A stretch of 64,000 nucleotides of DNA from the human T2T-CHM13v2.0 reference genome, Homo sapiens. The position numbers were made by a program, and so were the translations under genes. Numbering within the stretch: position 1 is the stretch's first letter; every line of letters starts with the position of its first letter. The stretch lies in assembly GCA_009914755.4 (NCBI GenBank), contig CP086569.2, positions 13,728,001-13,792,000 of the forward strand, written 5' to 3'. This document shows positions 41,103-55,145 of this stretch, one piece after another. The notes under the pieces were generated by a model. It made no database searches, was not told the DNA's origin, and saw only the letters and a program-made list of their open reading frames with translations.

Positions 41103-42904
41103 ATTTAAGAAGACTTTTGTCCTGTGGTGTGTTTTTGTTTCTTGTTACTCTCTTGTAGTATTCTTAAGGACTACGCATTTAAATTAATTATTTGCATGGC
41201 ATGCGTTGGCATGACACTGAATTCAGCATTTCAGACACATTGAGTTTTTATGCATAAAAAAATTGGCCCTTGGCCTTTCATTAAGGACCTAAAAAAAGAA
41301 AAAAAAATTAAGATATTGGCCTTGTAAAAAAATTTTCTAGCTTAATCATTTTTGTGCTTTTGGCACATTTTTACATAGTTGATTCTTGTTATTCACAGTT
41401 ATAAAGTCACCATGAATACCAAATTAGCAAATGTTGAACTATTTTATACAATCAATATTTAAAATGCTTATACTCTCCCAAACTACCACTCTGTAACCTG
41501 TGTAATATGTTCATTTGATGTAATATCTCTTTGCCCATTGTTGGACACAGTAGACCCTGGAATGTGTTGCTTAGTATGAAGAAATGCAATTCATTTGTCC
41601 AAATTGGTTATAATATCTTTTTTTATATATAGCATTTTAAGCGTTATCACTGACCTCTGCGAATACAGTCGTCAGGATCCATTAATGCCCTGGCAGGGCT
41701 ACTGCCATTGGTCCATTGTAATCCAGCTATGTTAAGGGCCTTCCTATTCAGGCCATAGTTATTTGCAGTCTGTGTCTCTCTTCTCACCTGGAAATGTATC
41801 TTGGGATTTTGTTCCTCACAGAGTACAAGAGGAATATGTCTAGATTCACCCCATCTGCATTACTGCTGCATCTCTGTAAGGTGACCACCTCAAGCAAATC
41901 CACCAGGATATCAACTTGCTGGTTCTAGTCACCTCCCCATCGTCCTGGAGAGGGTCCTTCGGGTGGATGTCAACATACCCTTCTTTAACATACCCCTTAA
42001 ATTCCACCTTGTACTTTCCAAAGGGCTGTGTCACATACTGGCATATGCTTAATAGTTCAGTTTTCCATTGTCCCTGTGGCCAAGCCGTCAGTCACTACTC
42101 ATGAATTGGCAAGAATTCAAACAAATGCAGTGTTTAAAAAAAAATTGTAAATTTTTTAATACTCATAAGAAAACAACATGCAGTTCAACCATTCAACTAA
42201 TTTGTTTATTCTATCTTCAATCGGTCTTTTCATTTCTAGTCTCTATGAAAGCCTGCCAACAGGACATTGTTCACCCACCTTGAAACTGCCATCTGTAAAC
42301 CAAGCAGGTCTTTCTTCGTCAGTAGGGAGCTATTCAAAGGGTATTGCCCATGCAAAAGTAGCATGCAGTAGTTCCTGAAGTGGTTCCAAACTTGATCATA
42401 GGAAAAAAGAGACTACCTGCTCTTTAACATGATTAGCACCTCCTTGCACTTTCCTGGTAACATGTCCGTCTATAAATCCATTTTGCATGTTATTTTGGAC
42501 CTCTTCTGAGCACTTCCTCATTAGAATGTTTTCTTAATTCACGCAACACATTATAGGTGTTTCAGATTTTAAGATTATGGTCTTCAGTCTCAGAAGCAGG
42601 CAAGACAAGCTAGTAATTAGCTTGTCAAGGCGAACTACACCAATGCAAGGCAAGCTATTAAGTATCTCTCAAATGGCACATATTATATCATGGCATCCAG
42701 GAATTTCCTGGTCCAAAATTCCCAGCTATTGCTGCAGAGTGGCATGTGCAGTTGTTTGTTTGTTTAACCATAGTTTCAGTCTGCCTAATAACCTGCAAGC
42801 ACTTCCAAAATCAGATTGTGGATCATAACGCCCCAAAATATTGAGAGAGAGCACTTTTTGAAATTCAGACATGGCCTGCCTTAGTGCAATTTCTTAATTA
42901 AAGA

Positions 42905-43300
42905 AACCCCACTCTCTTTTTTTAAGTTGATGCATTATAATTGTACATATTTATGAGGTTCAAATGATATTTTGATACATGTAGACAATAATGACCAAAT
43001 CACTAATTGGTATATTGGTGTATTGGTAATTGGTATGTTAGTCACTTCATACATGTATCATTTATTTGTGTTGAGCACATTCCAAATCTAATCTTGCAGT
43101 TATGTGGAAATATAATTATTCATACCTATAGTCTCCCTCCTATACTATCAAACGTTAGGACCTATTCCTTCTAATGCTATTTGTACCCATTAACTAACTC
43201 ATCTCTTCCCCTGCCTAGTGTTCTTCCCAGCCTGTGGTAATCTTTCTACTCTCTACCTTCATGAGATCAACTTTTTATTTCCCATCTATGAATGAAAACA
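42905..43300 (-). mobile_element. Old L1 (L1PB/L1MA-class) 3'-end fragment, antisense, downstream of the gene
   Basis: ttaagttgatgcattataattgtacatatttatgaggttcaaatgatattttgatacatgtagacaataatgaccaaatcac...ttccttctaatgctatttgtacccattaactaac...catgagatcaactttttatttcccatctatgaatgaaaacat matches the antisense L1 3' terminus. Confidence 0.55.
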
Positions 43301-44164
43301 TTCCTGGATTTTTTCAATTAATGTCCCTTCAATGAAACTTCTTTTGGGTAGTGTTCTGGAAAGGAGCTAGAAATATTTTCGGATGTGTAATAGGAATCCC
43401 CAAAATCCTATTCAACCAAATGCTGGGCTTCCTGTTTGCTTAGGAGTACGTAATGACAGAAATTCATTCTAGGTCACCTATGAAGTGTCACAGTGTCTCT
43501 TTCCAGGTGTTTCTAAGAATTTCACCATTTGGGTGCATCTCTGGATTTATGATCTCTCCTTGTTGGTCATGTGAATCAACATATATAAGTCTGTGTTAGA
43601 TTGCTCTTCAGTTTCAGTTTTAACATGTCATCTTCAGTATGTTGTAGTAGTACATTGAAGAACTGCATCAAGCCCAAATCTCTCATAACCAAGTTATGAT
43701 AGTAATCTTATGGCAAAATATTAATAGTTAATGTCATTTGGGATCTTTTCCACATGCAGTTGACTCTTGTAAGATTGAGACAAAGAAAAACATTTGCAAG
43801 ATGAATGCATATCACTATCCTATAGTCTCTTTGTTGTACTGTGGAAAGGAATGTCGACACTATTGATGGTATATGCAGCACTACGTTATTCTAGATTTGT
43901 TTCCATGAACCAACTCTTTTTCTCCTAGGTCACAAAAAGCTTACTCTAGATAATTTGTCAGTACTAGTCCTTTCGTTTCTAATTAAATTAGTTAAAGTGT
44001 TTTTTGTTTGGGGTTTTATTGTTGTTGTCCACAAAGTATCCTACGCTGTTTCAACAATTTTTATGAGCATAGGTAGTTCTAGTTGTTCCTATTTTAATGT
44101 ATTCAATCAAGTCTGGACTGAGGGCAAATTTCATGCCTTCTATTTTACTATAAGAAGTAGCATA

Positions 44165-44436
44165 GGGTGAGTGCAGTGGCTCATGCCCATAATTCCAGCA
44201 CTTCGAGAGACTAAGGCAGGTAGATTGCTTGAGCCCAGAAGTTGGAGACCAGCATGGGAAACATGGCAAAACTGCATTTCTACAAAAAACACAATTAGCC
44301 AGGTGTGGTGACAGGTGCCTGTCATCTCAGCTACTGGAGGCTGAAGTGAGAGAATCATCTGAACCCAGGAGGTAAAGGCTGCAGTGACCCATTATCACGC
44401 CACTGCTCTACAACTTGGATGACAGAGCCAGACTGG
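44165..44436 (+). mobile_element. Alu SINE (3' end truncated or degraded; no clear A-tail)
   Basis: gggtgagtgcagtggctcatgcccataattccagcacttcgagag ... gatgacagagccagactgg. Confidence 0.8.
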
Positions 44437-45620
44437 AGAGAGGTTGGAGAAGCTGGATAGGCCTGTACCATCACAGACAAACCACATCACAAAGTTTCTT
44501 CATCTCAAATTTTCTTGCAGATATTCACCTTAAATTAATCACTGTTGGATCCCCTATCCTCTCAACTGTAGTCCCCACCAGGTCTTGGAATCACAGTGCA
44601 TGGTGTTCCCATGTCATTGAATCCCAGAAAAATACTTACCCTCTGCACATTTGATGTATATATATGTGCTTTGGGTCCCCAGTCTGGAATCAAATCAGTA
44701 TGTCCTGACCCTATGCCAATCTTCATCTTGATTCATCTGTCCATCAGATAATTACCCAGACAATTCAAAGGCAAGTTTCTTATTGTTATCTTTTACTCCT
44801 GGCTTTTTAAATACTTGGAAACTGAGATAAATCGTGCAGATTTATTTAGGGCCCCTTTTCCTTTCCTTTTCTGTGAATATCTCTTTTCTGTGAATCAGTC
44901 TGTGAATGAATGTCTCCCTCCTTTTGCTTTTTCCCTTTCCTATGAATCTTCTGAGTACCTGTAAGGCCTATAAAAGGAATCTGAGACAACATATCCAATA
45001 TGACTTCTAGGACTGTTTCTTAGTTTTGATTCAGTAAGGCTATAGGATATATCGATAAAAAGGGACCCCCACCCCAATAAGACAGCATTTGCTGGTAGCT
45101 GGATAAGGGGTCTTACTCAGTAGATGAATATCCAGATCATCTTGAGGCCAGTGCAGGATTGCATGCCCATGAGTATATCACTTGTCATAGATGGAAGGAA
45201 AACGACTTCTCATGGTAATCAAACTTTACAGTGGCTTTTATCCAGAAGCTAGCTTTCTCCTGGAAATCACGTACAGCCCTCTGTTGTTCATACCAAGCTG
45301 TGAATCTTATATCAATCAAAACACAGTCTTCTGTTTAATAGCATTCCGAACCAAATGCACTGCTCTTAGGAGAAGTTTGTTGCTCTTACAATCCATTTAG
45401 TAAAGATTCTTCAGAAAGCTGACAATACCAGTCCACAAAATAATAAAACCCTTTTGCACTCTATACTTGCTTACTTCTTGTAGCTTATTGGTTCTACCCT
45501 TCTTCTACTTGGAGTGTTGCACTTGATCTTAGTCAAGAGGCTGAAAAGTGATTACCTAGACAATTGGTTTGGTGATGTGTAGTCCTAGATGTGTTAGCTG
45601 TTGTGTTGATACAATTTTCC

Positions 45621-45942
<322 letters not shown>

Positions 45943-46186
45943 AATTTTCCCCTTTCATAGTAGTCCTCAGGCTATCAGTCAAAGCTGAGACTGAAATGTA
46001 AAGATACCTGAAATCTGAGCTTGGCCCAGTATTAGAATTTGCCCCAACGCTCTTTTACTTTTTTTTTTTTTTAGCTATTACAGACAACAATAACCAAGGG
46101 ATTGTATATTTAGCTTACTTGTCTTTTTGTATTTCCTTATGTACCCAGTAAGCCACACCTGTTTTTAGTGCATTTAAAATAATGAG

Positions 46187-46520
46187 GTTGGCACACTGAC
46201 TCTCACATAATCCCAGCACCAAGAGAGGCTGAGGTGGGCAGATTACCTGAGCCCAAGCATTTGAGAGCAGCCTCGACAACATAGCAACACCCTATCTCTA
46301 CAAAAAATAAAACATTAGCCAGGTAGGGTAGTGCAGGCCTGTTTTACCTGCTACTGTTTTGGGAGACTGAGTCAGAAGGTTGACTTAAGCCCTAGAGGTC
46401 ACAGCTGCAGTGAGCCATGATTGCAGTACTGCATTCCATCTTCAACAGTAGAGTGAGACCCTGTCTCCAAAAAATTAATAAAATAAAACAAAATTAATTA
46501 ATTAAAAATAAAATAATGAG
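46187..46520 (+). mobile_element. Old, diverged Alu SINE with an A/T-rich tail
   Basis: ggttggcacactgactctcacataatcccagcaccaagagaggctgaggtgggcag ... gagaccctgtctccaaaaaattaataaaataaaac. Confidence 0.75.
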
Positions 46521-49180
46521 AAGTACAATTGTCATGGTTTATTGTCTATTCATCATTCTACTAAATGCTAAGATTAGCAATGCTATGGGTCCCAGACAAA
46601 ACTTGAAATACTTTTCTAACTCCATGTTCAAGAACATCATTTTTTCAAATGAAATGTGTTTTAGAATTAAAGCCAGGCAGCTTTAGTTTGGCTTCTATTA
46701 GTCTTTTTATGGCAAGAAGTAACTTTCTTGCTGAAAGCTGCAAATTAAAGGTAGTAAGTTTGGAAACAGTTCCAAAACTATGTTATTTCTTCTTGTGTAC
46801 CTTCATCTTTTAACCATATCATTATAAACATTCTCAGTGTTTAGCATCATACTAAATCAAACTTAACTGCTCCTGCTTTCTAGTACCTCTCTGTACTAGA
46901 AGCAAGAACATAGGTAACTAAATTAGTTAATAGTGCTTTTCCATTGTATGCAGAACTACCATAGATTTCCTTTGACTTTCCTTCTTACCCTCATCTGAAA
47001 TCAATATGACTAAAGACAATTAAGAAAACCCACAATTTGTGGCCATTATGCTAAAGCTAGCATACAGTGAAGTGTTAAGAGTAGTAGGAGCTCTATTATT
47101 AGCAATAGGAGCTCTGTTGGATTCAGCAGCTAGTGGATCCTTTGTGTGCTTCATTTTTCTCCTGTAAAATTAGGATAAATATATGAGGATTAAAGTACAC
47201 AAACAGCTAAAAACAGTACTTGACATATGATAAAAACATATATCTTTATATTATTCTTACTGTTTAGACATTTTTTGTACTTCAAGGATAAATCGAAGAC
47301 CATACATATACTGCATTTTGTTTCAACATAGCCCAGAGCAATCCATAACAGTATTTTCCATTGTTATGGGAATCGCTTCATTTATTCCTGCAACAAGGTA
47401 CAAATATGCAAGTAGGTAACAATGTTGAAATAAACATTTAGAAAAACATCCCAGCCACTTCCTATGCCTACGTGCTTTAATGCTAATTCCCTTTTTTTAA
47501 AATGTAGCTTTAAATTTTCCCTAATGTTTTTTCATAGCTGTATTTAATTGTAATCAGCCTTTTTAATAATCACTTTAGGATGTGGCTTCCATTAAGCCAA
47601 TTTGTCTTCATGCCTGCCATTTGTCTTCATTATTAATGTTACCATCCACCCCTACTTAATTGTGGGAAAAGTGATAAGAGCTTTTGGTAATAACTTTTGA
47701 GCTATGTGTGATATTAACTCTTTAGCTACATGTGAGCTACCTCCATATTAAAACAATTTATTTCACAAATAAAAGAGCTATTAATGAAAGAGTCCAGTGT
47801 TTAGACAACTTTAAAATCTTTTATATAAATACACTAATCTAGATTAAAAAAAAAACAGCCAGCATTCTTTCAGTATTAGTCAACTGTTAATATGCTGTAA
47901 ACATTTTGCATACATCATTCTCAAATGGATATAAGGGTTCCTATTTCCACTTTGCAAGTAAGAAAAGTTAGACATGGAGTGGGTGGAGATCCCATAACCA
48001 TAAGCGACATACTGTGGACTTGAACTTAAGAAGCCTGAATTCAAGGCAAACTCTAGAATTCTAGAGTAAGAAGAGATCTCCAAAAGTAAGAACAGATCTC
48101 CAAAGAACAGAACTAAAAAAGTATCTGACACAAGTCTCCATCAGTTTATCAGTTTATTTTGCCTACATTGAGGGCATACTTGGGAAAAAGAAACACAGGC
48201 CACAGTAGGATCTGTAGCTCACACTTTTTCCAAAGAGGGTTTTGAGGGCTTCAATATTTAAAGGAAAAAAAGGGGGGCAAGAGGCAAGGGAGGCAGGAAA
48301 AAATGGGGCAGGCAGACAAGTGAGACGGTTGTATTCTCTTGAGGCTTTGTTTAGCACTCATTGATTCTACATGTTGCATGTGAAAGGGAATGGGTAGAAA
48401 AACATGCAATTTTGTGTTGATCTCATACTCGGTACATCTGCACTTTACACAACATAAAGTCAACATGGAGTAGAGAAAAAAGTCAAACATGCATTCCATT
48501 ATTTCTAGGCTCCTCTTGTCCCAGACTTAGGAAGATAAGTTGTTCATTTGCATTGTTGAGATGACAGAGGCTACCTGGGGAGATGATATGGCCTACTGTC
48601 TTGTAGCTTTCTGTTTAGAAAAGAGTGTCTGTGTGACCCATTTTCCAACCTTAACTTTTCTCTTTGGCATAGCGGGTTTGGGGAGATCTCAGAGTTCTTT
48701 ATTTCACAGTTTTGGTCATTAGGGGCTGACTTCAGTGAACTGATGCTTGCAAACCCACAATAACTGAAATGTAGATATCTGTCTTTTTACATATAAGCAT
48801 TTATTTTTCTGGTTCCTTTTGTCAAAAGCCTCCAAAAAGATCAGCTCCAAAGTTCACTCCAGATTAAATATTTATGAGGAAGCCCTTACTGTGTGGCACC
48901 TGATACTTTTGCCACATTCAGTTTTTAGGAGATGTGATTATTAATTTTGTGTCAATTTGACGGGGCCGTGACATATCTGGCCAATTATTCTGGGTATGTC
49001 TGTGAGAGTGTTTCTGGATGAAATTGACATGTAAATGGGTAGATTGAGTAAAACAGATCAGCTTGCCTAAGATAGGGGCCTTGTGCAATCGGTTGAAGGC
49101 CTGAGTTAAGCAAAAAATTAAAACTCTCCTTTAAGTTAACAGAAATTTCTCCCATCTGACTGCCTTCAAACTGGGATATC

Positions 49181-49504
49181 TTTTTTTTTTTTTTTGACAT
49201 ATTCTAACTGTTGCCCAGGATAGAGTACAGTGGCTCAAACCTGCTAAGCAGAGGTTACAGTGAGCCAAGATCGCAATACTGCAACCTCTGCCTGCCAGGT
49301 TCAAGTAATCCTTCCACCTCTGCCTCCCCAGTAGCTCAGATTACAGGACTGCACCACCACACCCAGAAAATTTTTTGTATTGTTAGTACAGGTGGGGGTC
49401 TCACCATATTGCCCAGGCTGGCCTGGAACTCCTGATTTCAGGCAGTCTGCCCACCTTGACATCCAAAGTGCTAGGATTCAGGCATGAGCCACTGCATGTA
49501 GGCC
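49181..49504 (-). mobile_element. Alu SINE (antisense, diverged) with a clear target-site duplication
   Basis: Poly-T start, then gacatattctaactgttgcccaggatagagtacagtgg ... ends ggcatgagccactgcatgtaggcc. TSD aaactgggatatc at 49168-49180 and 49506-49518. Confidence 0.85.
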
Positions 49505-49850
49505 AAACTGGGATATCTTTTTCCTCTACCTTTGAACTCAGCCTGAAACATCAGCTCTTCTGGGGCTTGAGCCATTTGGTCATTCTATTGGAACTTACAC
49601 CTCCTCTCCTGCTTGCTGACTGCAGATCTTGCAAATTCTCAGCTTTCATAATTTCATGAGCCTGTTTTTCATAATAAATCACACATACACACACCCTATT
49701 GTCTTATTGATTCTATTTTTCTGGAGAACCCTGACGAATACAGAAGGAAAGCACTAAATCCAGCCACATTGAAGGAGAGGGAAATTCATGGTTTGAAGGG
49801 AGAATTATCAAAAATGTTACCTTAAAAATAATTTAAAGATTAAACAGAAG

Positions 49851-50142
49851 CGGCTGGGTGAGGTGGCTCATGCCCGTAATCCCAGCACTTTGGGAGGCCA
49901 AGGCAGGTGGATCATGAGGTCAGGAGTTTGAAACCAGCCTGGCCAATATGGTGAAACCCCATCTCTACTAAAAATACAAAAATTAGCCAGGCATGGTGGT
50001 GCGCGTCTATAATCCCAGCTACTCAGGAGGCTGAGGTAGAAGAATCGCTTGAACCTGAGAGACGGAAGTTGCAGTGAGCGAAGATTGCACCACTGTACTC
50101 TAGCCTGGGCAACAGTGAGACTTCTCTCAAAAAAAAAAAAAA
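49851..50142 (+). mobile_element. Alu SINE
   Basis: gcggctgggtgaggtggctcatgcccgtaatcccagcactttgggaggccaaggcaggtggatcatgaggtcagg ... poly-A at 50129-50142. Confidence 0.9.
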
Positions 50143-50179
50143 GATAACAATTCAAATTCTCAGGCATTGCAGTATTTAT

Positions 50180-50322
50180 TTCCTTCCTTCCTTCCTTCCT
50201 TCCTTCCTTCCTTCCTTCCTTCCTTCCTTCCTTCCTTCCTCCTTCTCTCCCTCCTGCCTCCCTCTCTCCCTCCCTCTCTCTCTTTTTCTCTCTCTTTCTC
50301 TCTTTATCTCTTTCTTTCTTTT
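50180..50322. repeat. (TTCC)n microsatellite, ~16 units, running into a CT-rich polypyrimidine tract
   Basis: tccttccttcc... at 50180-50245, then ctcctgcctccctctctccctccctctctctctttttctctctctttctctctttatctctttctttc; the polypyrimidine strand is ~140 nt. Confidence 0.9.
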
Positions 50323-50585
50323 GAGACAGCTTCTTGCTCTGTCACCCAGGCTGGAGTACAGTGACACAATTATGGCTCAATGCAGCTTCTACCTCCTGGA
50401 CTCAAGCAGTCCTCTCACTTCAGCCTCCCAGTTCACTGGGGCTACAGGTACATACCACTAAACCTGACTAGAGACAGGGTTTTCCTGTGTTGCCTAGGCT
50501 GATCTTGAACTCCTGAGCTCAAGCTATTTGCCTGCTTGGCCTTCAAAAGTGCTGGAATTACAGACATGAGACACCACACTCAGCC
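50321..50585 (-). mobile_element. Alu SINE (antisense); its tail region is the (TTCC)n/CT-rich tract at 50180-50320
   Basis: ttttgagacagcttcttgctctgtcacccaggctggagtacagtgacac ... ends tacagacatgagacaccacactcagcc. Confidence 0.8.
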
Positions 50586-52074
50586 AATATTTTATTTTCT
50601 AACATTGTTGTGTAGCTTTATTCCAAATACCATGATTTTGAGATCATCCTGTAGCCCCTTCTGAATACAAAATGCTATCCAAATAACTGTGAAGTATCAG
50701 GAAACTCGATGAGGCAGAAGTATAAAATATGTGCTGTTCCTGTAATGTTAGGGGTACTCATGTTTCAAGCCACCTCTATCAAATTCACCTATAGCTAATG
50801 GCTATGTTTTGCCAGAAATGCTGCAAATTGTGACCAAGAACAAGCAAAAGTAGTCATTTACAATACCTCATAACCTGGTTCAGGAAGCATGAGTAGTAGA
50901 TATCATTGGCCTCACAATCACCACTGCTTCCACCATAGGATATATGCCGAATATATGACTGACTAGTATTTTCCCCATTAATGCTGTCCATATCCTTTGT
51001 TAGCAGTAGCACCACTCACAGAAGTGAAATTATAACGGCATTATCTATTGGCCACTTACCACATTTCAGGTGCTGTTACAGTATGTATCAACCTATCTAA
51101 TTCTGACATAGCTCTCATGAAGTAGTACTATTATTATTATTCTTCATTTAATAAATAATGAAACTGAAGCATAGAGAAGCTATTACACACTCAAGTTACC
51201 ACAACTAGGCAGAGGTTGTGCTAGAATTTAACATAGAAAGCTGTCTACACAATGCAGGTTAATGAGTACAAAGGGACTGTTACTAAGCAATAAGGGGCTA
51301 AACAGAGGGGTGTTGCCCTTAAGGAAACCTAAAAATATCCCAGAGGTACAAACAGAAAGCCTTGTGTAAATGTTGGTTACCGTTATTTTATGCATTCTAG
51401 CAGGTACTATGGAAAAAGATAGCCTCATTTAGATTGTGAGTGCTATAAGGGTAATGATAATATCCTATACTATACACCATTGTAAGTGCTCCACGAGTAT
51501 TTTTCATTGACAATAAAGTAATAGAAAAAAATCATACTTAAATTTAATCTAGTTTTAACAGTAATTGTTACCTACTTTTGAACTATAGTCATAAATCCTT
51601 CTTATGGACTGAATGTGTTCCCCTTCCCACAAATGCATAGGTTGAAGTCCTAGCCCCCAAAATATTAGCATTTGAGAATACCTGTGGGCAGTAATTAGGT
51701 TTAAATGAGGTACAGGTGGGACCTGCATAATAGAGTTAATGTCTTGTCTTCAGTAGGAAGAGAAAGAGACTGAACTTGGATTTCTCTACACCATGGGTAA
51801 ATATAGCAAGAAAATGGCAGATTGTAAACCATGAAGAGAGCCCTCACCAGAAAAAGTTAACCAGCCTTCATCTTACCACCTTGATCTTGGATTTCCCAGC
51901 CTTCAGAACTGGAAGAAATAAATTCTTGGTTGTTTAAGCCACCCAGTCCAAGTATCTTATGAAGCCTGAGTAAGACAACACTTTACTCACTTTATCTGAA
52001 AACAATACTGCAAAGTAGATGCTGTGCTCATTTTAGAGATATTGGCAAACTTGCTCATAATCACACAGAAAAAA

Positions 52075-52377
52075 GAGGCTGGGTGCTTTGTCTCATGCCT
52101 GTAATACCAGCACTTTGGGAGGCTGAGGCAGGTGGATCATGAGGTCAGGAGTTTGAAACCAGCCTGGGCAACATGGTGAAATCCCATCTCCACTAAAAAT
52201 ACAAAATTATCTGGGAATAGTGGCATGTGCCTGTAGTCCCAGCTACCTGGGAGGCTAAGGCAGGAGAATCGCTTGATCTTAACACATTCATCTTGGATCA
52301 GAGTGCTGCAATGAGCCGAGATTGTGCCATTGCACTCGAGTCTGGGCGACAGAGCAAGAATCTGCTTCAAAAAAAAA
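52075..52377 (+). mobile_element. Alu SINE with a ~30-bp internal insertion
   Basis: gaggctgggtgctttgtctcatgcctgtaataccagcactttgggaggctgagg ... tail caaaaaaaaa. Confidence 0.85.
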
Positions 52378-52709
52378 TTCTTGGCTCTAAATACATTGAC
52401 TATGGATCTACCAGGATACCTCTCCATTTTAAGGTCCTTAATCTAATGACACATGCCAAATTCTTTTAACACTGTAAGGTTACATATTAACACATTCTAA
52501 GGATTAGAAGATAGATATCTTTTGGAAATCATCGTTTTATTTATCATATTAAAATAATCAACATATTAAAATAAGCAAATTATCAATCTTATTTAATGGA
52601 CTGAGATGATGCATAAGAAAAATTTAAAGGAAAAAAGCCACAGATTTGGAAAAGAAGGAGATAACAGGGTTAAAGTGGAGGAAGAAGTATAATTAACAGC
52701 ACTTATTAA

Positions 52710-53011
52710 TTTTTTATTTTTAGTTTTTTGAGACAGAGTCTCACTCTGTTGCCCAGGCTGGAGTGCAGCGACGCAATCTTAGCTCACTGCAATCTCCACC
52801 TACCTTCCGGGTTCAGACCATTCTCCTGCCTCAGGCTCCCAAGTAGCTGGGACTGCAGGTGTGCACCACCATGCCCAGCTAGTTTTTGTATTTTTAGTAG
52901 AGACAGGATTCACTATGTTGGCCAGGCTGGTCTTGATCTCCTGACCTTGTGATACGATGTCTCAGCCTCCCAAAGTGCTGGGATTACAGGTGTGAGCCAT
53001 CGCGCCTGGCC
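52710..53011 (-). mobile_element. Alu SINE (antisense)
   Basis: T-rich head, then gagacagagtctcactctgttgcccaggctggagtgcagcg ... ends ggtgtgagccatcgcgcctggcc. Confidence 0.9.
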
Positions 53012-53295
53012 AGCACTTAATGTTTTACCACATGCATTCTGCATGACCCAGCAGTCTCTTTTGAGTGTATCCTACCTAACTATTTATACAGGCCCATGGA
53101 GACATTTACAAGAGGCCTATTCCTGTGTGGTTTGTTGCAGCAGAGATTGTGAGGCAGTCTCTGTGTCCACTTCAGAGGTTTAGTTGGGTTCAATGTTGGG
53201 GGGGGGGGGCACCACAGAATATCATAATACAATTGGAAGCAATGGGTTTGATATATACATAGGAAAAGAAATTGATCTTTAAAACTTAGTTCTGA

Positions 53296-53621
<326 letters not shown>

Positions 53622-54504
53622 TTACAAATACAGTAAGAAATAAGATAAAACAGGTAATCCAGTACTATTTATGTAAATTAAAAATATATGTCCATACCGT
53701 GTTGTGAATGTACATAATGCCACTGAATTCTACAGTTTAAACAGGTTGAACAGGTAAATTTTTTAATGCATATATTACCACAATGAAAAAAATAATAACA
53801 AAACACAGATACGTGATAAGCCAGGATTTTAAACCTTCCCAGATGTCAAATAAATTGCTTTTTTGCTACAAAGGTGGGAAAGGGTGGGACAAATGGTAAA
53901 TTGACTGCAAAGAACTTTGTCATGTTTTTCTCTGAGCCCCAGACTGTTACAGATTGCTGGGCAGACACTTGAGTGGGCAGATCTAATCACAGAGAAACAA
54001 GGTATACCAGCAGGAACTTTACCAGCCAAGAAATTATTTTCTAATAAAACTACAAAGACAAAATAACTGGGTACTGCTGATGTATATTGTTATCTTGTAT
54101 CATAGCCTCCTCATAAATCTCTTTGTAGAACAGAGTTCAGCTTCTTTTTGAAGTCCTTGTTCAAAGCAATTGAGTAGCATGGTTCCCTATGCTAGGGAGG
54201 ATTACAGGGAAAAGAGCAGTCAAAACTCTCTTTGCAAACTAATACTTTCTTATTCTCAGGAATACACATACCGTATTGGTTTGTTCTCACACTGCTATAA
54301 AGTATAAGTGCAACTGGGTAATTCATAAAGAAAGGAAGCTTAATTGGTCCACAGTTCCACAGGATGTACAGTAAGCATAGCGACTTCTGCCTCAGGAAAC
54401 TTAAAATCATGGCAGAAGGCAAAGTGAAACAGGTGCATCTCACATGGCTGGACCAGGAGCAAGAGACTGGGAAGTTGCCACACTCTTTTCAAAAGCAGAT
54501 CTCA

Positions 54505-54825
<321 letters not shown>

Positions 54826-54944
54826 AAAACCAGAGATCTCATAAGAGAAACTGCCATCATGATCCAGTCACCTCCCACCATGTCGCACCTCCAACATTGG
54901 GGATTACAATTCAACTTGAGATTTGGGGAATAGACACAGATCCA

Positions 54945-54954
54945 ATCTCTCTCT

Positions 54955-54998
<44 letters not shown>

Positions 54999-55062
54999 CT
55001 CTCTCCCACACTCTCTCTGTCTTGCTCTCTCTCTCTCACACACAGACACACACACATAGCAT

Positions 55063-55097
<35 letters not shown>
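54945..55097. repeat. Compound (CT)n(CA)n dinucleotide microsatellite
   Basis: (tc)n of ~45 units with a few interruptions, then (ca)n of ~30 units with interruptions. Confidence 0.9.
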
Positions 55098-55100
<3 letters not shown>

Positions 55101-55145
55101 CTATAGAAACTTCAATTACAGAACAAGTTTCAATGGTTAATGCTA

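Larger units (their letters stand above)
39691..41125 (+). other. USP9Y: 3' UTR of the USP9 transcript, about 1.4 kb; extent approximate
   Basis: It follows the stop codon and contains no repeats. Its length fits a ~1.4-kb 3' UTR (USP9Y mRNA length as I remember it). The end is defined by AATAAA at 41097-41102. Confidence 0.5.

Noticed and set aside
50167-50367. ORFs encoding FLPS repeats on + and KEGR repeats on -
   Set aside because: They are translation artefacts of the (TTCC)n microsatellite.
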